DNA of 61,208 bases, taken from a virus (lineage: Duplodnaviria; Caudoviricetes). How positions within the stretch are numbered: position 1 is the first letter of the stretch; every line of letters begins with the position of its first letter. The notes under the pieces were generated by a model that was not told where the DNA came from, did no database searches, and worked only from the letters and a program-made list of their open reading frames with translations. This document shows, piece after piece, positions 1-9,371 of this stretch. The position numbers and the translations under genes were made by a program. Location: positions 1 through 61,208 of IMG/VR virus record IMGVR_UViG_3300009085_000030, one strand, 5' to 3'.

Positions 1-13
1 AACGTAGCCTGAT

Positions 14-1096
14 ATGTCTGAGCGCAACCTGCTCCCAGGTATCGGTTTCGTCGGTGAGACGAAGCCAGGGGAGAACGTCTTTGCGCCGGGCGCGGGGACT
101 GTTACCAGTTCGACACTGACCCTCTACTGGGCAGTCGTGCCGACCGCGCTAGCGGACTACACGAATGACGACACCGGCGCGGCACGAATCCGGACCGGGA
201 AAGATGATACTGGGGCCGCGCTAGAAGCCGGGACCTTCGGGTCGATAATCGCGCCCCTTCTCCCTCTTGGTGCGAACACGGTAGACGCGCTGCTACCGCC
301 GACGACGCAACTCGATCCGGGCACCAGCTACGTCATCGCCTGGACGATCTGGGACGGCAGCGCTTACGGCGGGGATACTACTACCAAGGTAGTCAAGTCC
401 GCAGCCTTTGACACTGCGTCTACCGGCGCAAACGTCCCAGCATCGCAGGCCGAGACGGCTACCGCAGTTGACTCGCCAGCGGCGACGCTCGTCACATCGG
501 CGGCGCGTGTCGAGACTGCGGCCGCGACGGACACGCCGGTTCGGATGCAGTACATCCGGCCAGACGGCGTGGCGCAAGCCCCGCAGAACGCATCGGGCAC
601 CTGGGCGGACATAGATGAAGTCGTAGCGAGCGACTCAGACTATATCCTAGGGGCGAACGGGTCCAGTTTCCACTACTTCGCAACCTTCACTAGCCCACCG
701 GAAGGTACGCCGGTATCTGGGACTTGTAGGGTACGCTACCGGGTAGTACGGGCGAGCAGTGTCGGACCAACCATCCCGGCTTCGGGTGGCGCAGCTTTCA
801 ACTTTTCTGCGTATCTGTACGAAGGGACTACTCTTCGAGCGGCGGGGACGGCTTCGGCTATCCCAACAGATGGTTCGTGGGTAGACTGGGCGTACGTGTT
901 CAATACTAGTCTGATTACAGACTGGAGCAACGTACGCTTATCTTTCACGTGTACTTCCCCAACGGGGTACACAATAGCTCTTACCTGGGCAGAAATCGAA
1001 ATCCCAGGCAGCAGTGGGATACCTGTTCTATCTAACCCTGGCGCGATTGACATACTGGCGCTGAGCGCCCGCCCGCAAGTAACCGTGACGTACTAG
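14..1096 (+). CDS. Putative virion structural/fibre-associated protein
   Basis: Thr/Ala/Ser/Gly-rich ORF with AxAETA/AARVETA repeat units. C-terminus PVLS..A.DI...SARPQVTVTY is shared with 4020..4985. Confidence 0.55.
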   Translation: MSERNLLPGIGFVGETKPGENVFAPGAGTVTSSTLTLYWAVVPTALADYTNDDTGAARIRTGKDDTGAALEAGTFGSIIAPLLPLGANTVDALLPPTTQLDPGTSYVIAWTIWDGSAYGGDTTTKVVKSAAFDTASTGANVPASQAETATAVDSPAATLVTSAARVETAAATDTPVRMQYIRPDGVAQAPQNASGTWADIDEVVASDSDYILGANGSSFHYFATFTSPPEGTPVSGTCRVRYRVVRASSVGPTIPASGGAAFNFSAYLYEGTTLRAAGTASAIPTDGSWVDWAYVFNTSLITDWSNVRLSFTCTSPTGYTIALTWAEIEIPGSSGIPVLSNPGAIDILALSARPQVTVTY

Positions 1097-1104
1097 GATC
1101 CACC

Positions 1105-4005
1105 ATGCGTATCACAGCAGACCGAGTCCTCGAAACCAGCACTTCCACTGGTACCACAGCACTGACGCTGGCCGGTGCGGTCACTGGTTACCGAACCTTT
1201 GGGTCAGCGTGCGCGAACAACGACACCTGCTACTACTCGATCTGGGCCGTGGACGCTGCGGGCAACCCGACCGGCCAGTGGGAAACAGGGCTGGGCACCT
1301 GGGCGACCGGCGGCACGTTGACTCGCACAAGCGTCCATGCCAGTTCCAGTGCGGGCGCGGCTGTGGATTTTGCCGCCGGCACCAAGCGGGTCGCGATGAC
1401 CGCCGTCGCCAAGTCTTTCCCGTACGACGATGGTGTCTACGAGATGCCAGACCCAGGAACCGCCACGCAGAATACCTCGGCGCTACTGGCCGCGTTGCAA
1501 TCCGGCAAAGGTGTGGTGCAGTTCCAGGCTGGCGAGTATGTCTTCAACGGCGCTGTGACCAACACCATTGTCGGGCGCACGATTCGTGGACGAGGCGCGG
1601 CACGCACCACGCTGAAGATGGAAGCCAGCCACACGGTTGACTTCCTGTTCGTGTCGAGCGCTGGCGCCTCAGGCACAATAATCGAGGAGTTGACCTTCGA
1701 TGGCAACTGCCCCAACAGCACCAACATCTACTGCGGATTGCTGAAGGCCGACCAGAGCACGATCACAAACAAGTTCACATTACGTGACTGCAAGTTCACG
1801 AACATCCGCCTGTACCTGATCCGGCTGTGGCCCGGTTCGACTGACTTCATCATGGATCGGTGCCGGATCGAAGACGTTGAAGACTGGATGATCGAGGCGA
1901 CACCCTGGTACCGGGGAACTATCCGGGACTGCGTGTTCTTCAACTACTCGATGGACCCAACGTATAGCTCATCCACCGGCTGCATCTTGGTGATGCAAGG
2001 CGGCAGCGATGGCTGGATCATCGAGGGCAACCAGTTCTACCCGCATGTCACGAATGGATACTTCGCCATCGAGTCGGTGTGGGATGGCGAGACCCCTGTG
2101 CGCGGGATGGTGTTCGCCAACAACGTGCTGGACGCACGCAACGCGCTGAACGGCAACAACGCAGGTACTGGGGTCAGCGGATGCTTCGAGGGGTGCACGT
2201 TCACTGGCAATGTCTGGAAGAACGGCGCCGGATCAGCTCACGTTTGCGGGCTTGAAGTTGTCGGTCGACGCAATACAGTCACAGGCAATACGATCCACAA
2301 CGGTCAGTTCGCTTTTGGGAGCACCGCAAAGATAGTAGGCGACCCCAAGGGGGCTGTGGTCAGCGGCAATACGTTCATCCAGAATAGAACAGTGGCGTAT
2401 CCGGCCGAAGCGATGCGCCAGTCTGACTCGATACGGCTATACAACGCTGTTGGCGTGCTGGTAGAAGGCAACTCGTTTTGGTACGAGCAGGGCCACATGG
2501 ACGGAGGCAACTGCATCAACGTCGAGGGCTCGACGGCGGACCTTCTGACGATCCGCAACAACGTGTTCCAGCAGCACGCCATGACCAACAACACGGTTGG
2601 CATTAAGGTAGATACGACGGTGTCTGTCTCCGGCGTCATCATCGAGGGCAACACCTTCGACAAGCTGTATCGAGGTATCAACCTGGACATGACCGGCGCG
2701 TCTGAAGTCCACGTCAAGAGAAACTACTTCTACGACTGCGACTTGGACCTCAACGAGTCTGGCGGCAAGTCCATCAAGTCTGGAAACATCACAAGCCAGT
2801 TCGTAGATTCGGAGGTGAATGCAGAAGACTACGGAGTGTTCGGTGACGGTGGAGACTACACGACGCAGTTGCAAGCGGCCATTGATGCGCTCGATGTGCT
2901 GGTAGATGTCAATGGTGTCGGGCAGCGCACTCTCGCTCTACCTTCCGGCACTGTCGTCATTTCCAGCACGATCACGCTAAAAGCCGTCAACATTGTCAGT
3001 GCGTCTCGTGTGCCGAACGGCGGCACCAGGGTTATCTGGAACGGAACAGCCGGCGGCACGATGTTCCAGGCTCATGCTTCGGACTTCAATAGCTCCTTCT
3101 GGCTGTTGGAGGGCATTAACTTCCGCTCCGGCACAACAGATCCTGGCGTCATGCTCGACCTGAGCACCGCTGCCGGATATGTGGACGCCTTCTGCCGGGT
3201 GCGCGAGTGTCACTTCAACGACTGCACAAGTCACGCCATCAAGGTCGGTGGCTGGATCAACGCGCACTGGGAGCACCTGCGGTTTGACCACGTCGGCGGG
3301 TTCGCTGTGCTACTGACTGTGCCGAACTCGTCCTTGAGCCTGTCCACGTTCAGCATTGACGGCTTCACCTACGACCACAACCGCTCGACCGAGAAGGGTT
3401 GGGGCGTCATCGGCGTAAACAACGCTGCTCTCGCATCGAACGTCGGTTCAATCGAGTTGTCGAACGGCCGCATTGAAGTCAACGCCACATGGGACACGCG
3501 AGTCGCGGCTGGGACTCTTGGTGCTGCCCGTGCAGTTTTCTCCGAGTCAAGCGGAGGTACGGGCACGACGCGCAGCATCGGGTGGAAGCTGCGCAACGTC
3601 ACCTACAGCGATGCCTCCGGCATGTCGGACGATGGCATCGTGTTCCGAAACACCAGTGCCGCGAGCAGTGACTATGCCGTGTCCTTGTCCTACGATAATG
3701 TGCGCACCGCCAACTTGTCCGCGGTTTTCACCGGGGCTGTCGGCACCCGGCTGGCTGGCGTGCCAACTAACGCTCTGGCCGGCATTGGGTCCATCAACCC
3801 AGCCGCATCGAACTCCGCCTTCGTCGGGTATGGGGCGGGCAACATCATCAGCGGCGGGAACGGGTCGCCGGAGAGCGTGGTCACTGCGTCACGTGGCTCG
3901 ATATACATGCGCTACGACGGCGGAGCCGGGACGACCATGTATGTGAAAGAAACTGGCGACAACACTAACACCGGGTGGTATAAGGTGACCACTACCGCTG
4001 CCTAA
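1105..4005 (+). CDS. Tailspike/fibre-like protein with two parallel beta-helix (pectate-lyase-like) domains, putative depolymerase
   Basis: N-terminus ADRVLETSTSTGT..LTLAGAVTGY resembles phage fibre anchor domains. Two helix-cap motifs (NTSALLAALQSGKGVVQFQAGEY; VNAEDYGVFGDGGDYTTQLQAAID), many xIxGNxF rungs, and a tailspike-type C-terminus GSPESVVTASRGSIYMR..GGAGTTMYVKETG. Confidence 0.75.
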   Translation: MRITADRVLETSTSTGTTALTLAGAVTGYRTFGSACANNDTCYYSIWAVDAAGNPTGQWETGLGTWATGGTLTRTSVHASSSAGAAVDFAAGTKRVAMTAVAKSFPYDDGVYEMPDPGTATQNTSALLAALQSGKGVVQFQAGEYVFNGAVTNTIVGRTIRGRGAARTTLKMEASHTVDFLFVSSAGASGTIIEELTFDGNCPNSTNIYCGLLKADQSTITNKFTLRDCKFTNIRLYLIRLWPGSTDFIMDRCRIEDVEDWMIEATPWYRGTIRDCVFFNYSMDPTYSSSTGCILVMQGGSDGWIIEGNQFYPHVTNGYFAIESVWDGETPVRGMVFANNVLDARNALNGNNAGTGVSGCFEGCTFTGNVWKNGAGSAHVCGLEVVGRRNTVTGNTIHNGQFAFGSTAKIVGDPKGAVVSGNTFIQNRTVAYPAEAMRQSDSIRLYNAVGVLVEGNSFWYEQGHMDGGNCINVEGSTADLLTIRNNVFQQHAMTNNTVGIKVDTTVSVSGVIIEGNTFDKLYRGINLDMTGASEVHVKRNYFYDCDLDLNESGGKSIKSGNITSQFVDSEVNAEDYGVFGDGGDYTTQLQAAIDALDVLVDVNGVGQRTLALPSGTVVISSTITLKAVNIVSASRVPNGGTRVIWNGTAGGTMFQAHASDFNSSFWLLEGINFRSGTTDPGVMLDLSTAAGYVDAFCRVRECHFNDCTSHAIKVGGWINAHWEHLRFDHVGGFAVLLTVPNSSLSLSTFSIDGFTYDHNRSTEKGWGVIGVNNAALASNVGSIELSNGRIEVNATWDTRVAAGTLGAARAVFSESSGGTGTTRSIGWKLRNVTYSDASGMSDDGIVFRNTSAASSDYAVSLSYDNVRTANLSAVFTGAVGTRLAGVPTNALAGIGSINPAASNSAFVGYGAGNIISGGNGSPESVVTASRGSIYMRYDGGAGTTMYVKETGDNTNTGWYKVTTTAA

Positions 4006-4019
4006 CGTGACCCCGTGAT

Positions 4020-4985
4020 ATGACTGACACCCTCGGCGGCGCACCCCTCGGCTCGGGCGACAACCCGACCGAGAATGAGCGTCTGTACGTCGTCATCTAC
4101 CCGGCGGCGAAGGCCGCTCCGGCCAACGACGCAACGGGGCGTGCGCAGGTCAAGGCTGGGCAGGCTGGGGACAGCACCCCGGCAACCTGGGCGGGGTCCG
4201 TACTATCACCACTGACGACTGCGAGCCCGTTCAACTGGCCCGAGATCGCCGCGACGCTGACGACGGAAACGTCGTACAAGATAACGTTCCTATGGGATCG
4301 AGCGGGTACTGCATACTCAAATGTCAGCACAGGCACGTTCGCTACTGGTAGCCTAGTCGCCGAAAGCGCCTCCGCCGTTGCGACGGCGAGCGCGACATTC
4401 ATCGCCACTGCGGCGCGGGCGGAAGCGGCCTCGGCCACAGACGCAAGCGACGGCACTACTGCCACCGTAGTCACTGGTGCGCAAGCGGAGTCTACCACTG
4501 CCGCCAGCACGCAGTCCGCCACCGCCGCTATGGTGGCGGCGCGAGTGGAAGCATCCTCGGCGGTGGACACCGTTACTGGGGATACTTCGTCGGCGTTGTC
4601 CGATTCGTGCAACGAGTCCACGGCGGCGGCAAGTACCCAGTCCGCCACGGTGGTGACGGCGGCGGCGCGGGTAGAAGCGGCCTCGGCAACGGATACGCCA
4701 GCCGCCGGCAATGCCACTGCTGCGGCTCGGGTAGAAGCAGCCTCGGCAACGGACGCGCCTGCGGCGACTAAGGCGACGACCGGCGCGCAGGCAGAAACCG
4801 CTGGCGCAGCAGATGCCACTGCGGCGGGCAACGCGACTACAGGAGCACAGACCGAATCTGCTACGCTTGCCAGCGTGCAGGACGCAACAATCCCGCTGCC
4901 AAATGCACCGGTGCTGTCGTCTGCCACGGCGACAGATATCTTGACAACCAGTGCGCGTCCGCGCGTAACCGTGACGTTCGCCTGA
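4020..4985 (+). CDS. Repeat-rich putative virion fibre protein
   Basis: N-terminal domain (LYVVIYPAAKAAPANDATGRAQVKAG) is paralogous to an internal domain of 4987..8346, followed by ~20-aa AARVEAASATD repeats. Confidence 0.55.
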   Translation: MTDTLGGAPLGSGDNPTENERLYVVIYPAAKAAPANDATGRAQVKAGQAGDSTPATWAGSVLSPLTTASPFNWPEIAATLTTETSYKITFLWDRAGTAYSNVSTGTFATGSLVAESASAVATASATFIATAARAEAASATDASDGTTATVVTGAQAESTTAASTQSATAAMVAARVEASSAVDTVTGDTSSALSDSCNESTAAASTQSATVVTAAARVEAASATDTPAAGNATAAARVEAASATDAPAATKATTGAQAETAGAADATAAGNATTGAQTESATLASVQDATIPLPNAPVLSSATATDILTTSARPRVTVTFA

Positions 4986-4986
4986 T

Positions 4987-7900
4987 ATGACCATCGTCAC
5001 TCTTAACCCAGGCACTACATCCTGGCAGGTCCCTGCCGGGGTTTCGTCGCTGAAGGTCACTTGCATAGGCCCCGGTGGTGGCGGTGGGACGCGTACTACA
5101 ACAGGCGTGGGCGGCGGCGCCGGCGGTGGCGCAGTTTCTATCGTTACGGCACTGGCTGTCACGCCAGGACAGACCGTATATACCAGCATGCCCCTTGGGG
5201 GCACTCCGGGCACGACGGCGGGACCCTGCTGGCTGAACAAGACTGCGAACAGCGCACCCTTGATCACAACAGACGGGGCACTGGCGAATGCTGGCACTTC
5301 CGTACCTTCAAACTCCGCTAATGGAACCGCTGGTGGGATCACTACCAGCGGGGTAGGGAATTCGAAGTACGCGGGCGGCGCTGGCGGCACGGGCGCCACG
5401 AACGGCGGCGGGGGCGGTTCTGGCGCTGCGTCCAATGCCACCGGCAACGCGGGTGCTGAAACTACCCCTGGCGCCGCAACGGATATCAGCGGCGCAGGTG
5501 GTGCCGGTGCTTCCGCAACTAACACCAACGGGTCCGCGGGGTCGACCCCTGGCGGGGGTGGTGGCGGCGCCCGTAGAACAAATAGCACGCGAACCGGCGG
5601 AACCGGTGGCGCGGCTCAGATCATTATCGAGTACGAGGAATCGACCCCTGGTGCTGGGGTAGAAACCGCTTCAGCCACGGACACATCCGACGCTTCTGAA
5701 ACGACGACCGCAGCTCAGACTGAAACATCGAGCCCGGCGGACACCCCAGCCGGCGGCAACGCGACCTCAGCGGCGCGGGTTGAGTCCACAGCGGCGACAG
5801 ATGCGTCAGACCGTGGCTTGCTGGCGAGCGTAGCGAGCGCAGAAACTACGTCGTCGACCAGCACGCAAGAAGGCGTGAAGACTATCGGCGGCATTGCTGC
5901 GGAATCGACAGCCGCAACGCACGCTCAGTCCGCCACGATGACGACGGCAGCGGCCCGCGTCGAGTCAACTACTTCCACAGACACGCCCGCTGGCGGCAAT
6001 GCAACGGCAGCGGCCCGGGTCGAGTCCTCTAGCCCGGCAGACACGCCTGCGTCGAGCCGCCTGACTACGTCAGCACGTGTCGAGTCAACTACTTCTACGG
6101 ACTCGGGCTCGTCAGGGAACGCGGCATCAGCGGCCCGCGTCGAGTCCTCTAGCCCGGCAGACACGCCCTCTGGCGGCAATGCAACGGCAGCGGCCCGCGT
6201 CGAGTCATCAACTCTGGCGGACACACCCGCTGGCGGCAACGCGACATCAGCGGCCCGGGTCGAGTCCTCTACGTTAACGGACGCGGGCTCGTCTGGGGTG
6301 GTGACGGCAGCGGCGCTAGCCGAGTCTACAAGCGCCAGCAGCGCGCAGGACGGGGATACTGGGGCAGGGGGCGCGCTGCTGTACTGCGTCATCTACGACG
6401 TAGCGAAGACTGCGCCAGCGAACAACGACACTGGCCGCGCCCAGATCAAAGCGGGGCTGGATGGGGACGGTGACGCCGCCATCTGGGCCGGAAACACTAC
6501 CGCTCCAGAGGTCACGACTGCGCCGTTCGATTGGCCCAGTCTGGCCGAAGGACTGCCGGATGACACGACGTTCGGCATTTCGTTCCTGTGGGACCAAGAT
6601 GACCTAGTCTATTCAAACGTCGATACTGGGACGTTTGCGACTGAGTCTGCCGGTACCGAGTACAGTGACTCTAGGGCTGAGTCTACAAGCCCAACTGAAA
6701 CCGCTTCCGCTGCCAACACAACCGCAGTGGCGCGGGCGGAAACTACCAGCCCGGCAGACGCGCCCGCTGCCACTGCCGCTATGGTGGCGGCGCAGGCTGA
6801 GACCGCTTCGGCGCTGGACAATACCGACGCCAGCGAATCTTCAGCGCTTTCAGACTCGCGCAACGAGACCACGACGCCGACGCACGTGCAGTCTGCCACC
6901 CTGGCCGCAGTCGGCGTACAGGCAGAGACTACTACCGCCACAAGCACGCAATCCGTCACCTGGGTGACCAGCGCGGCGCGGGTCGAGACAGCGTCTGCGA
7001 CTGATACCAGCAACGGCAGTGTCTCCTCCGCGCTGTCGGACTCGGTCGCAGAATACGGAACTGCGGACCACGCTCAGTCAGTCTTGATGGCCGGCGTGGC
7101 AGCGCAGGCTGAAACCGCTGCGGCCGCGAGTGCGCAGAATGCCACCTGGGCGACCAGTGCGGCGCGTGCTGAAACGACTTCGCCAGTTGAGACGGTTACG
7201 GGCGCGGTCTTTTCGTCGCTCGCGGATACGAGGAGCGAGTCTGCATCCCTGTCACACGCGCAGGCTGCGACCCTGGCAACGTCGGCAGCGAGTGTAGAGG
7301 CTACTTCTCCGCTCGATTCAGTGTCCAGCACGTACGCGACTGCTGCGGCGCGAGCTGAGACAGCAACGGCGCTTGACTCATCCAACGCGACCTGGGGCAC
7401 AACATCCGCCAGGGTAGAAACTGCTGCGGCTACGGACTCGTCTGCCGTCGACTCAGACTATGGCCGTACGGCGCTGGAATCGACTAGTGCTACGGACACC
7501 AGTGCGGCCTCCGCGGCGTGGGCGGCTCGCAATGTCGCGGAGACGGCTTCGGCTGCCTCTGTGCAGGCGGCTACGGTCACGACGTCAGCGGCGCTCGTTG
7601 AGACTACTACCGCAGCTTCTACGCAGGCTGCGCTGTTCGAAGAACTGCGGCTGGCGTCGCGGCATGAGTCTACCAGTCCGACGGACACATCGAACTCTGC
7701 ATTCGGTCAACGCATCGGGGCGGGTGCCGAGTCAACCAGTCCTACGCACACACAGTCTGCACTGGGCGTGCATGTTGCGGCGATAGCAGAATCTGCGCCG
7801 CTTGTCTCTGTGCAAGACTGGACAGCCGGGGCTTCTGCTGCCGCTCGCGTTGAGACTGCAACCCTTGCACACGCACAGTCCGCATCCGTAGCGGCTGTGG

Positions 7901-8346
7901 GCGCGCGTACAGAGTCGGCTACGGCTACTGCCACGGCCTCCGCCAGCGCAACGGTGGTGTTCGCCGCAGCGGCAGTGGCGGAGGTCGCTTCCGCTACGTC
8001 CACGACGAACTCGCTGACCTTCTCAGACCTGCTGGATGGGGTGCTCGAGACGGTTGACGCGGTTGACGCATCGAGCGTTTCGGGTTCTTGGGTCGCCGCG
8101 CAGGCCGAGTCTGGTTCTTTGCTCGCGCAACAGAACGGTGATATAACGCTGCACGGGGCAGCAAAGGCGGAAGTCGCTGCGGCGGTAGACTCATCTAGCG
8201 CAGACACTGTGTCTTCGCCTCGGTGGTTCATCGTCCCGTCCAGCGACCGCACCTACGTTGTCCCTGCTAGTGAACGCACTCATGTCGTTTCTGCCAGTGA
8301 CCGGGTCTTCGTAGCATCGGCCGCAGACCGCACAGCTTCCTCGTAA
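4987..8346 (+). CDS. Large repeat-rich putative virion fibre protein (Gly-rich N-terminal domain plus many ~20-aa repeats)
   Basis: Gly-rich N-terminus (WQVPAGVSSLKVTCIGPGGGGG) typical of phage fibre domains, many AARVES/AQAET repeats, and C-terminal SDRTYVV repeats. Confidence 0.6.
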   Translation: MTIVTLNPGTTSWQVPAGVSSLKVTCIGPGGGGGTRTTTGVGGGAGGGAVSIVTALAVTPGQTVYTSMPLGGTPGTTAGPCWLNKTANSAPLITTDGALANAGTSVPSNSANGTAGGITTSGVGNSKYAGGAGGTGATNGGGGGSGAASNATGNAGAETTPGAATDISGAGGAGASATNTNGSAGSTPGGGGGGARRTNSTRTGGTGGAAQIIIEYEESTPGAGVETASATDTSDASETTTAAQTETSSPADTPAGGNATSAARVESTAATDASDRGLLASVASAETTSSTSTQEGVKTIGGIAAESTAATHAQSATMTTAAARVESTTSTDTPAGGNATAAARVESSSPADTPASSRLTTSARVESTTSTDSGSSGNAASAARVESSSPADTPSGGNATAAARVESSTLADTPAGGNATSAARVESSTLTDAGSSGVVTAAALAESTSASSAQDGDTGAGGALLYCVIYDVAKTAPANNDTGRAQIKAGLDGDGDAAIWAGNTTAPEVTTAPFDWPSLAEGLPDDTTFGISFLWDQDDLVYSNVDTGTFATESAGTEYSDSRAESTSPTETASAANTTAVARAETTSPADAPAATAAMVAAQAETASALDNTDASESSALSDSRNETTTPTHVQSATLAAVGVQAETTTATSTQSVTWVTSAARVETASATDTSNGSVSSALSDSVAEYGTADHAQSVLMAGVAAQAETAAAASAQNATWATSAARAETTSPVETVTGAVFSSLADTRSESASLSHAQAATLATSAASVEATSPLDSVSSTYATAAARAETATALDSSNATWGTTSARVETAAATDSSAVDSDYGRTALESTSATDTSAASAAWAARNVAETASAASVQAATVTTSAALVETTTAASTQAALFEELRLASRHESTSPTDTSNSAFGQRIGAGAESTSPTHTQSALGVHVAAIAESAPLVSVQDWTAGASAAARVETATLAHAQSASVAAVGARTESATATATASASATVVFAAAAVAEVASATSTTNSLTFSDLLDGVLETVDAVDASSVSGSWVAAQAESGSLLAQQNGDITLHGAAKAEVAAAVDSSSADTVSSPRWFIVPSSDRTYVVPASERTHVVSASDRVFVASAADRTASS
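5941..6320 (+). repeat. 60-bp period degenerate coding tandem repeat (20-aa unit AARVES..xDTPAGGNAT)
   Basis: A cagcggcccg(c/g)gtcgagtc-like core recurs in register every 60 nt (lines 5941, 6001, 6121, 6181, 6241; more diverged at 6061 and 6301). Confidence 0.85.
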
Positions 8347-8360
8347 CTAGGGCTTTCCAA

Positions 8361-8681
8361 ATGGCTACCGACAAGTTCAGACTCAAGGGCAACAAGTACG
8401 TGATCGAGAAGGATCCGAATGCTGTCCTCGATTACACGGTGGACTTCACAGCGTTCCTGGCGCCAGTCAGCGACGAGATCGCAGACCTGGAAATTATCGT
8501 GTCTGGCGGGCTGGTGGTTGACTCGTTCAGCTTCACGGCCACGCACGCTATCGCATGGCTGTCGGCCGGCGACCTGACGGTCGAAGGGGCGTACGCCTCC
8601 GCCACGTACCGCATCACAACGACCAATACCCCGCCACGTATCGAGGACCGCACCGTGTGGTTCGACATCAAAGAACGCTAG
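8361..8681 (+). CDS. Small conserved phage virion protein (KDPxxxLDYxxD family)
   Basis: Motif KDPNAVLDYTVDF and a beta-rich C-terminus (YRITTTN..RIEDRTVWFDIKER). Such proteins are often found next to fibre genes. Confidence 0.55.
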   Translation: MATDKFRLKGNKYVIEKDPNAVLDYTVDFTAFLAPVSDEIADLEIIVSGGLVVDSFSFTATHAIAWLSAGDLTVEGAYASATYRITTTNTPPRIEDRTVWFDIKER

Positions 8682-8742
8682 GGTCTGTACGCGCCTGGTC
8701 TTCTATGGTACATTTCTGCAACTTGTGAATAGGCGAGCCGCC

Positions 8743-9339
8743 ATGCAACCACAGATCGTCTACAAAGCCTCCGATATCCAGAAGCTGCCCGATGGGACGT
8801 ACGAGTACGTGGCTTCGGACGAGACGGTCGACCGCTACGGTGACGTCATCCGGGTTTCCGGCTGGGAGCTGAAGAACTACAAGGCGAACCCGGTGATCCT
8901 GTTCGCCCACCAGAAAGACAACCCCGTCGGCCTCGCGACCAAGGTTTGGACCGAGAGCCAGAAGCTGATGGTGCGCATCAAGATGGCCGAGGAAGGTACC
9001 TCGCCGTTCATCGACACGCTGCGCAAGCTGATGGATCAGAAAATCGTGCGTGCTGTGAGCGTGGGCTTTCTGCCCACCAAGCAACCGAACTACATTCGTG
9101 ACGAGAAGAACGACATGATCACCGGCGTCGAGTACGTCGGCCAAGAGCTTCTCGAGAATTCTTTGGTCACCGTGCCCGCCAATCCGATGGCGTTGCAGAC
9201 GGCCAAGGCGATGGGTATTTCCGAACAGCACTTGCAGCGGGTGTTCAGCCCGCTCCGGGCACCGAGCGCGATGGCTCACCTTGCCCGCCAACGTGCTGTC
9301 TTGGAGATGACAAGGCTCGGCGCTTCGAGCAACAAGTGA
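8743..9339 (+). CDS. HK97-family prohead protease
   Basis: ASDETVDRYGDVI, NPVILFAH, VRAVSVGF and ELLENSLVTVPANP motifs. The ATG at 8743 is preferred over the ORF-track start at 8725. Confidence 0.92.
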   Translation: MQPQIVYKASDIQKLPDGTYEYVASDETVDRYGDVIRVSGWELKNYKANPVILFAHQKDNPVGLATKVWTESQKLMVRIKMAEEGTSPFIDTLRKLMDQKIVRAVSVGFLPTKQPNYIRDEKNDMITGVEYVGQELLENSLVTVPANPMALQTAKAMGISEQHLQRVFSPLRAPSAMAHLARQRAVLEMTRLGASSNK

Positions 9340-9371
9340 ACTGACTGTTTCAACAATCTGGAGAATACGCA

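Noticed and set aside
5941-6320. CRISPR array
   Set aside because: The repeats are in-frame, degenerate coding repeats with a 60-nt period and no unique spacers.
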